DNA from: Paramoeba atlantica
Lineage: Eukaryota; Protista; Discosea
Assembly: GCA_977017575.1 (NCBI GenBank)
Contig: CDRNVI010000011.1
Coordinates: forward strand, 249,308-313,307
Direction: 5' to 3'
DNA: 64,000 nt
The number at the start of each line of letters is the position of its first letter. Within the stretch, counting starts at the first letter, position 1. Shown piece after piece: positions 24,030 to 35,250 of this stretch. The notes below the pieces were generated by a model. The model made no database searches. It had not been told where the DNA came from and was given only the letters and a program-made list of their open reading frames with translations. A program made the translations under genes and the position numbers.

Positions 24030-24290
24030 TGGATTGGGTTGCGCCTAAACGCGGCCAAATGTAAAGTGGCCACGAGGGAGCACAACCTCTTCTCTGAGTT
24101 TTCCGGAATCAGAATGATTCACTCCCCGGGGGGAGTTAAACTTCTGGGGGCTTTCATTTGGGAGTCGGAGGACAGGGAGGAAGAATGGGTCCTATATAAG
24201 ACCTCCAAAGTGATCTCCTTCCCTGAGAAATTGAAAGCTCTCAACAGGCAATGTGCTCTGCCTCTCCTAAGGCTCTTTTGGAGCCCACGA
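24030..24290 (+). pseudogene. Possible CRE/SLACS-clade RT C-terminal fragment
   Basis: IGLRLNAAKC...GVKLLGAFI...LKALNRQCALPLLRL resembles the CRE-type RT thumb region and differs from the other RT family in this window. Confidence 0.45.
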
Positions 24291-24297
24291 TGGAACG

Positions 24298-24420
24298 AGC
24301 CGGGTAAGGGAGCTGGTTCCCTGAGGGGAGGGTCCGGGACGGTCCTCCGAGTACTGGGCCTATTCGGTTATCAGCCCAGCCTCTTAGAGTGAGGCCGCCT
24401 GGAATATTGCGATGGGCGGG
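24298..24420 (-). mobile_element. SINE-A internal fragment
   Basis: Reverse complement of the SINE-A body (CAGCCCAGCCTCTTAGAGTGAGGCCGCC). Confidence 0.8.
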
Positions 24421-24888
24421 CACAACCTGTGTGAGTTTCATCCTTTTTAACGATTCGTGCTCCATTTGTATAAATGTGGGTTTCATTTGGCCCGATTGGA
24501 AATCGTTGCCGCCCTTCTTCAATGCATTGTAGGGTTTCGTAGAACACCTTGTTTACCTCCTTTAGAAAAAGATTTCCATTGTTTTGAAGTTGTTTTAGTG
24601 TACGAGGTCCTGGGTTCAAGCTGGTGTTGAGGATTCTTGCGTATTGATGAAATAGTGTCAACATTCCTTCTTGGACGCAATATGAGTGTCACTTCTGGCG
24701 AGGATATGGGGTCAGAAGAAGAAGAAGGAGCCTTTGTCGTCTTCAACCTCTTTGCCGCTTGTGATTTTAACGGCCTTCGTTACGCCGAGAGAGCCAAGAC
24801 ATCAGCTTTGTCGCTATATTCGTTCCCATTATGAGATTTAACGATAAAGATGCAATTTCTGTACCTTGTTGGTATGAGAAGCTAAAAA

Positions 24889-25707
24889 GGGGCGGAGGGG
24901 CAAGAATTCAAAGTTTGAAGCACATGGTGCTCAGACGGCGAGTTCAAACCCGCGGTGCGGGCGTAGTTGTTAGACGGTGGGCCTTACAACCTGCAGGTTG
25001 TGGGTTCGATTCCCGCTATCGACAAAACTCGCAACCTGGCGGCCTCACTACAAAGGGAAAGCGATCAGGAGTGCCTTCAAGGCCCACACCCAAACCCGCC
25101 CCCCTGGAGGACCGACCCGGAACCGCCGAGCTGAACCAGGCCCCAGCGCAGCCGCTAAATTGGGAGATGCTTACGCAAAGGAGGCTTGAGACACAGCCTA
25201 CACGATGCAACGGGGTGGACGCCCGTCCTGGTAGCTACGGTTGGGTAGCCGTGCTCGGGCCGCAAGGCGTCGAGTGCCGTCTGGGAAGGGGGTAGCAACA
25301 CGATGAAGGTCGGTGACCTGAGACTCTACCCTAACGGTTGGCGCTGCAGAGCCCTCCGTGTCTTCTTCTTCTTCTTCTTCTTCTTCTTCAAACCCGCTCA
25401 TCGCAATATTCCCGGCGGCCTCACTCTAAGAGGCTGGGCTGAGAACCAACTAGGCCAAGTACTCGGAGGATCGTCCCGGACCCCCCCCTCAGGGAACCAG
25501 CTCCCTTACCCGGCTTAAAACTCTTGGGTAAGCCGTGTTGACGTACAATTCGTCGACGCAGCGTGTTGGCAACAGCACGTTGGTTCCGCCTTGGACAAGC
25601 GGAAACTGGTAGAGGACGTCGGCCTCGGAACTTCCAAATCTGTCTGTGAAGGGCCTGGCTTGCCAGTGACCATCCGGAGCGATCCGGAATGATTTGGATT
25701 TGGGATT
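24889..25707 (+). mobile_element. SINE-A copy interrupted at its B box by SINE-B
   Basis: Head at 24889-24949, with body and tail at 25387-25707; TTCAAAC is duplicated around the insert. Confidence 0.85.
24950..25386 (+). mobile_element. SINE-B, tRNA-derived SINE with (TTC)n tail
   Basis: tRNA-like head GGCGTAGTTGTTAGACG...CTTACAA...GTGGGTTCGATTCCCGC, (TTC)n tail and TSD TTCAAAC. Near-identical to 32151-32574. Confidence 0.85.
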
Positions 25708-26127
25708 ATGAGATTTAACTTTGCACACATACAAATTAACATTCTGAGATTTTAGTTTCCGCACCTGATGACCTATATCTTGTACAATGTTTCTGTTGAC
25801 GCTGCCGTCATACCCTATTACCCGTCTCCGAATGCGAACATGATGAAAGAAGTGCCACGCATAGAACGAATCTGTGTGTACTACGATATCTTTTGCTCCG
25901 CCCGGTATTCTTTTAAGCGCCTCTCGGAAAGATTCAGCCTCAGCTTGCTCGGCACTATCAACATCTAGTGTTAAGGAAAAACATTTATCGGTTGTCCACC
26001 GTTGAAGCACAACAATTCCAGCACCTGCTCTGATCTCGTTTGTCATCCGCAAGGCACGGACTGAACCATCAATATAGAAGTGAACCTCACCATCTTTTAC
26101 TGGAAGGATCAGAACTTTCTTCGACAA
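25708..26127 (-). pseudogene. RNase H fragment of a non-LTR retrotransposon
   Basis: HFYIDGSV, AEQAEAESF, VHTDSFY and VCKVKSH, truncated by SINE-A. Confidence 0.8.
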
Positions 26128-26139
26128 ATTGGAAATCGT

Positions 26140-26400
26140 AAGGCGTATCTTGATTCAAGGCGTAGGCATGTTTACTTTTCCATCTAGGAGAAGAGAGTCT
26201 TTCGTAATCCGGGAGCGGTTCGAGTGCTACGTGTATGACCCTCGCTTGGCCGAACGAACGGCGAAGAATACAATGTCAAAGCGCTTGGTCCGCCACCGGA
26301 AAGTAGACGGCGAAGTAATTGGACTAGTGACCAGCCTTCTGGAACGGCGATACAGCCCGCAACGGATTAGTGTCACCCTAAATAAGGAGCAAAGAGGAAG
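26140..26400 (+). pseudogene. Possible IS30-like transposase N-terminal remnant
   Basis: YDPRLAERTAKNTMSKRLVRHRKVDGEVIGLVTSLLERRYSPQRISVTL matches the IS30 pattern Y..A..A...K...V...L...SPEQIS..L. Confidence 0.35.
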
Positions 26401-26482
26401 AAAGAGGAAGAAAGAGGAAGAAAGAGGAAGAAAGAGGAAGAAAGAGGAAGAAGGAGGAAGAAAGAGGAAGAAAGAGGAAGAG
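26390..26482. repeat. Purine-rich tandem repeat (AAAGAGGAAG)n
   Basis: Direct reading of the sequence. Confidence 0.9.
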
Positions 26483-26654
26483 GAGCAGGGGTCGCTCGCG
26501 CGACCCCCGCTAAATAGGGGGGGAAGGTGGTAGTTGTGGGGTATGGAGGCCTCTCGCAACTCCGGGGCCTCACCGGGAGCACAATTGAGGTTACCTATTT
26601 TTTATGTTAACTGTGTGGCAAAATTGTAAATTTTTGGAAGGTGTTGAAATTTTT

Positions 26655-26892
26655 TTTTAGGGGTCGATTTTTTTTTAGGGGTCGATTTTTTTTTAGGGGT
26701 TGAAATCTTTTTTAGGCCTTGAAATTTTTTTTAAGGGGTCGACTTTTTTTTAATCGGTTTATGACAGATAAGGGTGCGGCTTATATGACAGATAAGGGTG
26801 CATTATGACAGACAAGGGTGCTGTATGACAGATAAGGGTGCGAGTTTCTATGACAGATACGGGTGCCGCGTTTATGACAGATAAGGGTGCGA
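26655..26892. repeat. Two adjacent minisatellites: GGGGTCGATTTTTTTTTA and TATGACAGATAAGGGTGC
   Basis: About five and about six degenerate copies respectively; probably transposon subterminal repeats. Confidence 0.8.
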
Positions 26893-27333
26893 GTGGGTAC
26901 CTTTACATCTTCACATAACTTTTTCCAGTGATCTCGATCCTGAGCGTATACGAGGGCTTGTTCTTCGGTAATGTCCAGATCGTGAAAGCAAGCTTCGCTT
27001 GGTGAGGGATTTCGTTTCCTATCGCTGCATTTCCACTGAATAAGATCTCGAAACGTGAATGAGTGCCTTAGAATGTGACCAGCAATTTTAGCCCGACTAA
27101 CGCGATGTACGGTGGAGAAACGAGGAGTGCCGCAATAAAGTGACTCGATAGTGTAGCAGTGTCAAAACTCGTCCAGTTTAGCACAATTACAGCAAAATCT
27201 TCGCATCATATTGAGCTCAACTTCTGTTTGCCGAAGCATTATGTTGGATATGGAAAGCGAAGCGGCACCAAAGGCCATGATTGGATAAGCGAGGAAATCA
27301 AACAAACGCAGTTTTGTTGCTGCACTCAGTGAC

Positions 27334-27471
27334 GAGGTGGAGTTGGCGGAGTGGCAAGAACTCAAAGTTTGAAGCACATGGTGCTCAGACGGCGAGTTCA
27401 AACCCGCTCATCGCAATATTCCCGGCGGCCTCACTCTAAGAGGCTGGGCTGATAACCAACTAGGCCCAGTA
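27334..27471 (+). mobile_element. SINE-A 5' half followed by a (CA)n microsatellite (27471-27512)
   Basis: Intact head GGCGGAGTGGCAAGAACTCAAAG...GAGTTCAAACCCGC. Confidence 0.8.
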
Positions 27472-27668
27472 CACACACACACAAACACACACACACACAC
27501 ACACACACACAACACTGAAGGCATTACCCTTCAGTTGAGAAACTGTTAAAGCTTCACTAAATATATGCTCCTAAAGCTAGAACTAATAGAATTTGATACC
27601 CACACCATCGTGCGCCCTATTGGTAGATATATTTTTCCATTACTCTCGTTTTGAGTACACCCCTGAGT

Positions 27669-28958
27669 TTACAGGTTGGATGTTCGGAAATGTTTCTTTT
27701 CGCTTTGTTCAAATTCTGCGTTAGCAAGCGAAGACGCGGTGTCTAGTAACTTACCTTTTCTCTTACGCCGCATCCGACGCTCCTCACGGGTTGGGTTCGT
27801 GGTTTTCTTTTCTAATGTTTTAAGGCACGCTATCCACACATATTCGGAGTGGGCCGATTCATTTCCTCGGTTCAGGTTTTTTCTTCGTTTAGAAATAGGT
27901 TCCGAACTAACGAGCTTTTTACTTAAGGTATCCGCTTCTTCATTCCATTTATTCCCACAATGGCCTCGGACCGTAATAAAGGTGATGGTTCTCCCCTGAC
28001 AATGCGCTGATCGAATAAAACTATCCAGAAAACTAAGCAGATCGGAATTCGAGACTTCAAAACCAACCAGTCGATCTTTCCTTCGGCGCATATTTACAAA
28101 ATTCCACACATAATACGAATCTGTGTGTACAACAACATTTTCAACTTCTTTTAGTTTACTCAAACCAAATAGGGCAGCGTGAATTTCGGCTCTTTCAGGA
28201 GATTTGGTTTCCAGGTAGGATAGGGAGGACGAAAAACTTTCATGCTTCTCTGCGTTTACTATTACACATCCAACTGCTACCTTTACCCTTGTGTCCGTAT
28301 CATCGGAGATAGAAGCATCCACGTACGCATGCATTTCCTCCGGTTTTACAGGAAAAGGGGTTTCCCCTTCTTCGATAAATTGTAATTTATTACACACTGT
28401 TTCTTTTAAAGCGTTTTTGTATGCTAGTTTCCATTTAGGACTTTTGTAGCCAATATAAGACTCTGAGGGCTCGAGTCTCTCTGAGAGGTTTTCAATTAAT
28501 TTGGCCCAGTGTGCGCTATCAGAGGCATATACAAGCATTTCTTCCATCTCAATCCCAAGGTCTTGTGCGCATGCTTCGGAAGGCGATGGAAATCTCGCCT
28601 TTTCCCGGGAGCCCCATCCTACTAAAGAGCGGTAGATCTCAGAGTGCCTAATTTGGTGACCCACAAGGCGCGCCCGATTAATACGATGTATTGTATTGAA
28701 ATGTAGCGTGTTGCGGTACAGAGATTCAATAGGATAACAATGCCCATTCTCATCAACTCCTACGGCGTCACACACGATGCGCCTCATGTTGTTTACTTGT
28801 ACTTCAACGTTTCTCACCTGCGATGCCGATATCACCATGGATGACGTACCGTAGTTTAGTATGGGATAGACAAGGGTGTCAAAAATTCGAAGCTTAGCCT
28901 TTACGCGAAGAGGCGAGATCCAAATACCTCGTAGTTTGCTAAGACACGCCCACGCCAA
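27669..28958 (-). pseudogene. 5'-truncated non-LTR retrotransposon: RT thumb + RNase H + basic tail, open for 429 codons
   Basis: KLRIFDTLVYPILNYG, HAYVDAS, RAEIHAAL, VHTDSYY and VRGHCGNKWNEEAD. Confidence 0.85.
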
Positions 28959-28962
28959 ACTC

Positions 28963-29214
28963 GCCCAGTACTCGGAGGATCGTCCCGGACCCTCCCCTCA
29001 AGGAACCAGCTCCCTTACCCGGCTTAAAACTCTTGGGTAAGCCGTGTTGACGTACAGTTCGTCGACGCAGCGTGTTGGCAACAGCACGTTGTTGCCGCCT
29101 TGGAAAAGCGGAAACTGGTAGAGGACGTCGGCCTCGGAACTTCCAAATCTGTCTGTGAAGGGTCTGGCTTGCCAGTGACCATCCGGAGCGATCCGGAATG
29201 ATTTGGATTTGGAT
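28963..29214 (+). mobile_element. SINE-A, 5'-truncated
   Basis: Body plus GATTTGGATTTGGAT tail. Confidence 0.85.
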
Positions 29215-30903
29215 AGTGACGAGTCCAAAATGCTCTTGAGCTTCCGAAATGCGGCCCGTGTGAGCCTTAAGCGGGCTTTTACTGGCGAAGAAACGCCTGA
29301 ATCCTGAATGTTTCCCAGATAGCGGTAAGAGTCAACAAGAGGAATTTTAAAGAGCGCGATGAAGAATACGATCCACCACGAGAACGAATAGATACGGGGC
29401 TAAAACATCTCCTTGAAGAATACCCGTATGGATTGAAAACGATGCCGTGTCTCCAAAAGGTGTTCAAACGATCCCTCGCAGTCCACTGTGGATCGTTGTA
29501 GGTCGTTGTAATGAACGTCTCTGTCTGTGAAGGGTCTGGCTTGCCAATGACCGTCCGGAGCAATCCGGAATGATTTGGTTTTTTTTGGAGACTCTACCCT
29601 AACGCCTAGCCCTCCGTGTCTTCTTCTCCTCCTCTTCTTCTTAAGGGAGTCGATAAAAAAATTCAACTGAGGACGAGAGGCCCGATTTTTTAGTCTCAAA
29701 ACGAAACTCAGTTTTTTATCCCCCTTTTTGTCGAGGGGCAAGGGCCATTTTGCGGGGGTTTTAACATTGTTGTTGGTAGCGGGGTCTTCCTCTGTCGCAG
29801 AAAACCGAAAAAACCAACCAGGAGAAAAATGCAATAAATACACTTCCAAAGACCGATAAAGAAATGTTACCAAACGAACAAAAGAGATCCAGATCTACAG
29901 GAGAAGCTCCAAAGAAACTGCGAAAGAGATCACAGAAACAGAAACTGCCAGCTTCAAAACTATCACCAGAATTTTCAACCCCCAAGAAGATGCAAACGAA
30001 ACGAAAAATGCCAACTCAAGAGATCCAGGAGTTGGAATTATCTAAGGCTTCTGTAAAATATGAAGGAGAAAACAGTGAGTAACCCCCCCAGCCTCCCCCC
30101 ACCCCATCTCCCCCCCCCGCCAGCATATTGTCCGATTTTATTTCTTTTCTTTTCTGCAAGATGCATTTCGTTTTTTATGTGTTTGATGTTGGTTTGGTTG
30201 AAAACTAATTTAGTATACCGTGAAGCTGGTGTACCGCTCGTCTCGCAATTTCAGGTAAGTTGTCTCAAACTAGCTAGGTAGTAACAGTAAAACTAGCCAC
30301 GCCCAGCTAGGAAGATAAAAAAAAAGCTAGGAAGATAATCACGGCTAATTAACCTAAGGCAACGTTGCGACGATAACCTAACCTAAGTGTGAAAATTAGT
30401 ATGGCAAACAGTTTAACCTCCTTAAATGATCTATATCAGTGTTGTTGTTGTTCTTGAAAGAGTCCGTGCTAACCCCCTTGGTGCGACATCCGTCATTACG
30501 GATTGTGCCGATGATATCGGCTGTCGCATCGAGGGCTGTATCTCTGCTCCAACGAGCGCATGAACATCAAATTGTCGCAGCGACGACGACTTTCTGTACC
30601 TTGTTCATTTTATTATTAAATAAGACTTTTCATGGCAGCAGGGGGGAGCCCCCCCATACGTGGTTTGTCCCCCCAAACCACAGACGTGGTTTGTCCGCAA
30701 GCTCGGTGTATTCAGGCTCATGGTGGTACAGAAGTACCGCCTTCCCGATCGCATCAAGTTTAGGCAGTTCCTCTGCTCGGCCTAACGGATTAAATTTTGC
30801 CACACTTTGGGTTGCAGGTGAGGAGGTAAATTTTGGTTCTTTCTCGTCCATCCGCTTTCTTAGTTCATACGTAGTTCATATGGGCAAAACCCCTCTTGTT
30901 GAC

Positions 30904-31063
30904 TAAATCCAATACAAATCATTCCGGATTGCTCCAGACGGTCGCTGGCAAGCCAGACCCTTCACAGACAGATTTGGAAGTTCAGAGGCCGACGTCCTCT
31001 ACCAGTTTGCGCTTGCCCAAGGCGGAACCAACGTTCTATTGCCAACACGCTGCGTCGACGAAC
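30904..31063 (-). mobile_element. SINE-A 3' part (with flank shared with 35250-35413)
   Basis: Reverse complement of the SINE-A 3' end. Confidence 0.8.
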
Positions 31064-31065
31064 TC

Positions 31066-31425
31066 GAAGTGGCAAGAACTCGAAGTTTGAAGCACATGGT
31101 GCTCAGATGGCGAGTTCAAACCCGCTCATCGCATTTTTCCTGGCGGCTTCACTCTCAGAGGCTGCGCTGAGAACATTCTGGGCCCAGTACTCCGAGGACC
31201 GTCCCGGACCCTCCGCTAAGGGAAACAGCTCCCTTACCCGGCTTACACCTCTTGGGTAAGCCGTGTTGATGTTCATTTGGTCGACGCATCGTGTTGTTAA
31301 CAGCACGTTGGTGCCGCCTTGGAAAAGCGGAAACTGGCAGAGGACGTCGGCCTCGGAACTTCCAAATCTGTCTGTGAAGGGTCTGGCTTGCCAGTGACCG
31401 TCCGGAGCAATCCGGAATGATTTGG
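31066..31425 (+). mobile_element. SINE-A, near full length and diverged
   Basis: Head, body and tail are all recognisable. A further fragment lies at 31663-31795. Confidence 0.85.
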
Positions 31426-32150
31426 TTTTTTTTTTGGGGACTCCACCCTAGCGGCTAGCTCTGGAGAGCTATCCGTGTCTTCTTCTTCTTCTTCTTCTTC
31501 TTCTTAAGGGGGTGGATAAAAAAATTCAAATGATGGCGAGAGGCCCGATTTTTTTTGTCGCAAAACGAAACTCAGTTTTACATGCCCCTTTTTGTCGAGG
31601 GGCAAGGGCCCTTTTTCGGGGGGGGGGGGTGTAAAATTGAAGAAGAATGCCCGGCGTCTTCGCTCTAAGAGGCTGGGCTGATAACTGACTAGGTCAAGTA
31701 CTCGGAGGACCGTCCCGGACCTTCCTCTCGGGGAACCAGCTCCCTTACCGGGCTCACACTTCTTGGGTGAGCCGTGTTGACGTACAATTGGTCGAGGCAT
31801 AAACCCAAGAAGAAGAAGAGAAGAATAGAAACCCAACCAACCACAAACCATCACTGGGATAATAAATTAATATGTCCCAGTTGAAAGCTTCACAAATTTC
31901 TCCTACCCATAAAACACTTTGGCGGTCTCCACAAAACTAACATATTCACCAGAAGCTTTTCAAAAACATCTTGCACCAACTTCCATGTATCCTAATAAAA
32001 AGGTGGATGACGTTCCAGTACTTAGTCAAAGAAATTTTGACTTGAAATTGACTTTTCATTTTCAGCACAAACGGTTTGCCTAATAAAATATTTTCCACGA
32101 GAAACAACAGCATATCACCTTATCACACTACCCTTCACCTTTTCAGAACA

Positions 32151-32574
32151 CCGCGGTGCGGGCGTAGTTGTTAGACGGTGGGCCTTACAACCTGCAGGTT
32201 GTGGGTTCGATTCCCGCTATCGACAAAACTCGCAACCTGGCGGCCTCACTACAAAGGGAAAGCGATCAGGAGTGCCTTCAAGGCCCACACCCAAACCCGC
32301 CCCCCTGGAGGACCGACCCGGAACCGCCGAGCTGAACCAGGCTCCAGCGCAGCCGCTAAATTGCGAGATGCTTACGCAAAGGAGGCTTGAGACACAGCCT
32401 ACACGATGCGACGGGGTGGACGCCCGTCCTGGTAGCTACGGTTGGGTAGCCGTGCTCGGGCCGCAAGGCGTCGAGTGCCGTCTGGGAAGGGGGTAGCAAC
32501 ACGATGAAGGTCGGTGACCTGAGACTCTACCCTAACGGTTGGCGCTGCAGAGCCCTCCGTGTCTTCTTCTTCTG
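32151..32574 (+). mobile_element. SINE-B second copy
   Basis: TSD TTCAGAACA (32142-50 and 32575-83). I see only three substitutions versus 24950-25386 outside the tail. Confidence 0.88.
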
Positions 32575-32583
32575 TTCAGAACA

Positions 32584-34870
32584 TGCGATCAAGGGGGGTA
32601 TGAGGGGGGTATCATTTCTTTGGTGTTCGTAATACGTTGTTAGTGCGCGATCTATCGTCTTTCCCTTGACGCTTTTCTGTCTTTTTGACGCAGATCTCTC
32701 TTTTAGCGAGTGTTTTTTGACGTGACCCCTTTGGGCCCAGACTTTCATAGCTTGGATCGTCATTCTACTGGTATAACTGATTACTCCTCCTTCTTTGCGG
32801 AGCTCTAAATTTAACCCGATCACTAATAACAATGTCAAAGACCGTTCGTTCCAGACCACACAAGTTTCGCAAGGTGCGCCATGGATTTGCCTGGTTTTTG
32901 CGAAGTCCTCTTTCGGTGTCTCCGCACTCTTCGGCAATACATTGTTCAATTGCTTTCCTGTGCTGTATTACTAAAGAGTTAAAACTCTTTGGAATTGACT
33001 CCAGGAGAAAAGATCTCGCAGCCCTCGGATTGGACGATCATTTGAGGGATTCTCAAATTGATTCGCAGATTTCGAAGAATCTTCTTGGCTAGCTGATTTG
33101 ATGCCCTTTGCAGCAGAGAGAATACATTCCGACAGCGTATCCCATGAGGCTTTCTCTTCGCAGCCCTCCAAATATTGATGAGTTTTTTGGGTAAACAATT
33201 TTCGTTGCGTTTCATCTCGAAGTTGGTACCAAGGGGTCGCGCTGGATGCTCCCGCCGAAGTGCTTCGCCACTTAATCTTAATCCGCGCAAACACAGGGAG
33301 CTGGTTCGTGGGAATAGGGGCATTGAGAACCTTGTGCCGCCAGTTTGCGGAGGCAAATCTGGACGAAATTGTAACGTGATCTAGCTGTCGTTCCGTCTTG
33401 TCTATACTCACGTCCAGTTGCGGCTGCTGGGGCAAAGGCTGTGTGCAGATTTACGCGCAATCGAGCATAAAAGCCCACGAAATCTAGCAACCGCTGGGGG
33501 ATCTAAACGTTTGTTCGTTACGAGCGTTAACGGCGAATTAAAATCCCCCATGACAAGAATAGGGCGACGCGGGTTACTGGCCTGTAATTGTTGACGCAAA
33601 GAAGTCAGTTCTCCGTAAAACGCGGTCAAAACATCTTCAGAAGAATCTCTTATAGGAGCGTAGACATTAACCAGTGTTCCGACACCATCTTCCATCGGAA
33701 AGTGCGCGGCCATGATTCGCTCGCTAACTTTCCAGACCTTATTAAGCGGTTCAATACTCACTATTGCCATACCGTTATACGAATCCGTGGGGGCAGCTGA
33801 TAAAAGATACAGATAATAACAGGTTTCCGAGTCATAGACTTTTCGACGAATTATCTCCTTGCTTTCAACCTTGGAAAAACTTTATCGCGTCTCCTGCATA
33901 CAAAGAATGTGCGCACCCTTCTTCGTCATCCAGTGCAGAACCTTATGCAGATGAGCTGATTTTCGGAGCGCAAACTCGTCGTCCCCATCCAACCTAAGCG
34001 TAGTAGTGTTGAGTGTTCCTATATTCAGTGTTCCCTTCTCAGCGGAACCTCGAAGGTTCTCCGAATCGCGATGAGCGCGTTTGCCGGACAATGCCCACTT
34101 ATATTTGCGACTTCTCCGCCTTTCCCGCGATCGATGGGTACCAGAGGAGCACAGACGTGCAGCGCAAAGAACTATACGCGGGTACCGAGGAGGAAAAGGT
34201 AAGGTGTCAGACGGTCGCTGCGCATAACGAACTCGCCATCGTACTCGCCATCGAACTCGCCATCTGAAACAGAAAAGGAACATCCGCACCCCTCTGCTCC
34301 ACCATCCCCTCCCAGAGATTGAATTCCCGTGCGTAGGAATATCTCCACACCACAGCAATCCGTGAACCTCGGTACATCATCTTCGTTAATTGTGACAGAG
34401 AATTCGCACGGAGTTTTGCGAGTCCATTTCTATACCTTTTGGGCTGGAAAAGGGCCCCCCGACCAAGCGTGGACCGCAGAAGGAGGCTCATGACTTCACT
34501 TGCTTCATGCGGGCCGGACGGGTCCGTCATTTTTTGAGAGTAACAAAAAACGTTGGCCCAGGAGCGCTCATGGATGGAGAAACGAAAGTTTTTACGCCTT
34601 CGTTCCTCCGGGGGATGGGGTGGGATTAAACCACTTCTACCACGAATGATGTTCCACCTCCACCGAGGGGAAAAGGTTAGCGCGCTCGCTAACGACATGT
34701 ATGCCTCGGCGACGGGTTGCCACGCCGTCTTTGCCCCAGAACGCGGTTAACGACGCCGAGAACGAGGGTAAAACAGGATTAGGAAGGGACAATTCCCTCT
34801 TGCTAGCTCGAAAATCCTTACTTCGGAAGGCTGGAGGTCGCCACGCCCCACCACCGGCAACGGTCCAATG
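32584..34870 (-). mobile_element. Degenerate 5' half of an APE-RT non-LTR retrotransposon (5' UTR, N-terminal domain, APE endonuclease)
   Basis: ATG at 34530; LNIGTLNTTTL, ILCMQETR, VNVYAP, VMGDFNS and QLDHV spread over frameshifted frames; homologous to 36303-38100. Confidence 0.85.
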
Positions 34871-34873
34871 CCG

Positions 34874-35250
34874 GAGGTGGCGGAGTGGCCAAGAATTCAA
34901 AGTTTGAAGCACATGGTGTTCAGACGGCGAGTTCAAACCCACTCATCGCAATATTCCCGGCGGCCTCACTCTAAGAGGCTGGGCTGATAACCGGCTAGGC
35001 CAAGTACTCGGAGGATCGTCCCGGACCCCCCCTCAGGGAACTAGCTCCCTTACCCGGCTTACACCTCTTGGGTAAGCCGTGTTGACGTACAATTCGTCGA
35101 CGCAGCGTGTTGGCAACAGCACGTTGGTGCCGCCTTGGACAAGCGGAAACTGGTAGAGAACGTCGGCCTCGGAACTTCCAAATCTGTCTGTAAAGGGTCT
35201 GGCTTGCCAGCGACCGTCTGGAGCAATCCGGAATGATTTGTATTGGATTT
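34874..35250 (+). mobile_element. SINE-A, full length
   Basis: Starts GAGGTGGCGGAGTGG exactly as at 14596; complete body and tail. Confidence 0.85.

Noticed and set aside
24600-24630. NPGP in ORF 24371-24664 as a 2A ribosome-skipping peptide like that of L1Tc
   Set aside because: The context is NTSLNPGP, lacking D(V/I)ExNPGP. It lies between RT and RNase H and is not conserved in the homologous fragments.
24950-25025. Functional tRNA genes at the SINE heads (also 32151, 14596, 34874)
   Set aside because: Acceptor and anticodon stems are poorly paired, and each head runs into a repeat body with a tail and TSD.
25288-25335. Hammerhead-like core in SINE-B (CGATGA-AGGTC..GACCT-GAGAC)
   Set aside because: Core positions C3/U4 and A14 deviate, and no stem I or NUH cleavage triplet can be built.
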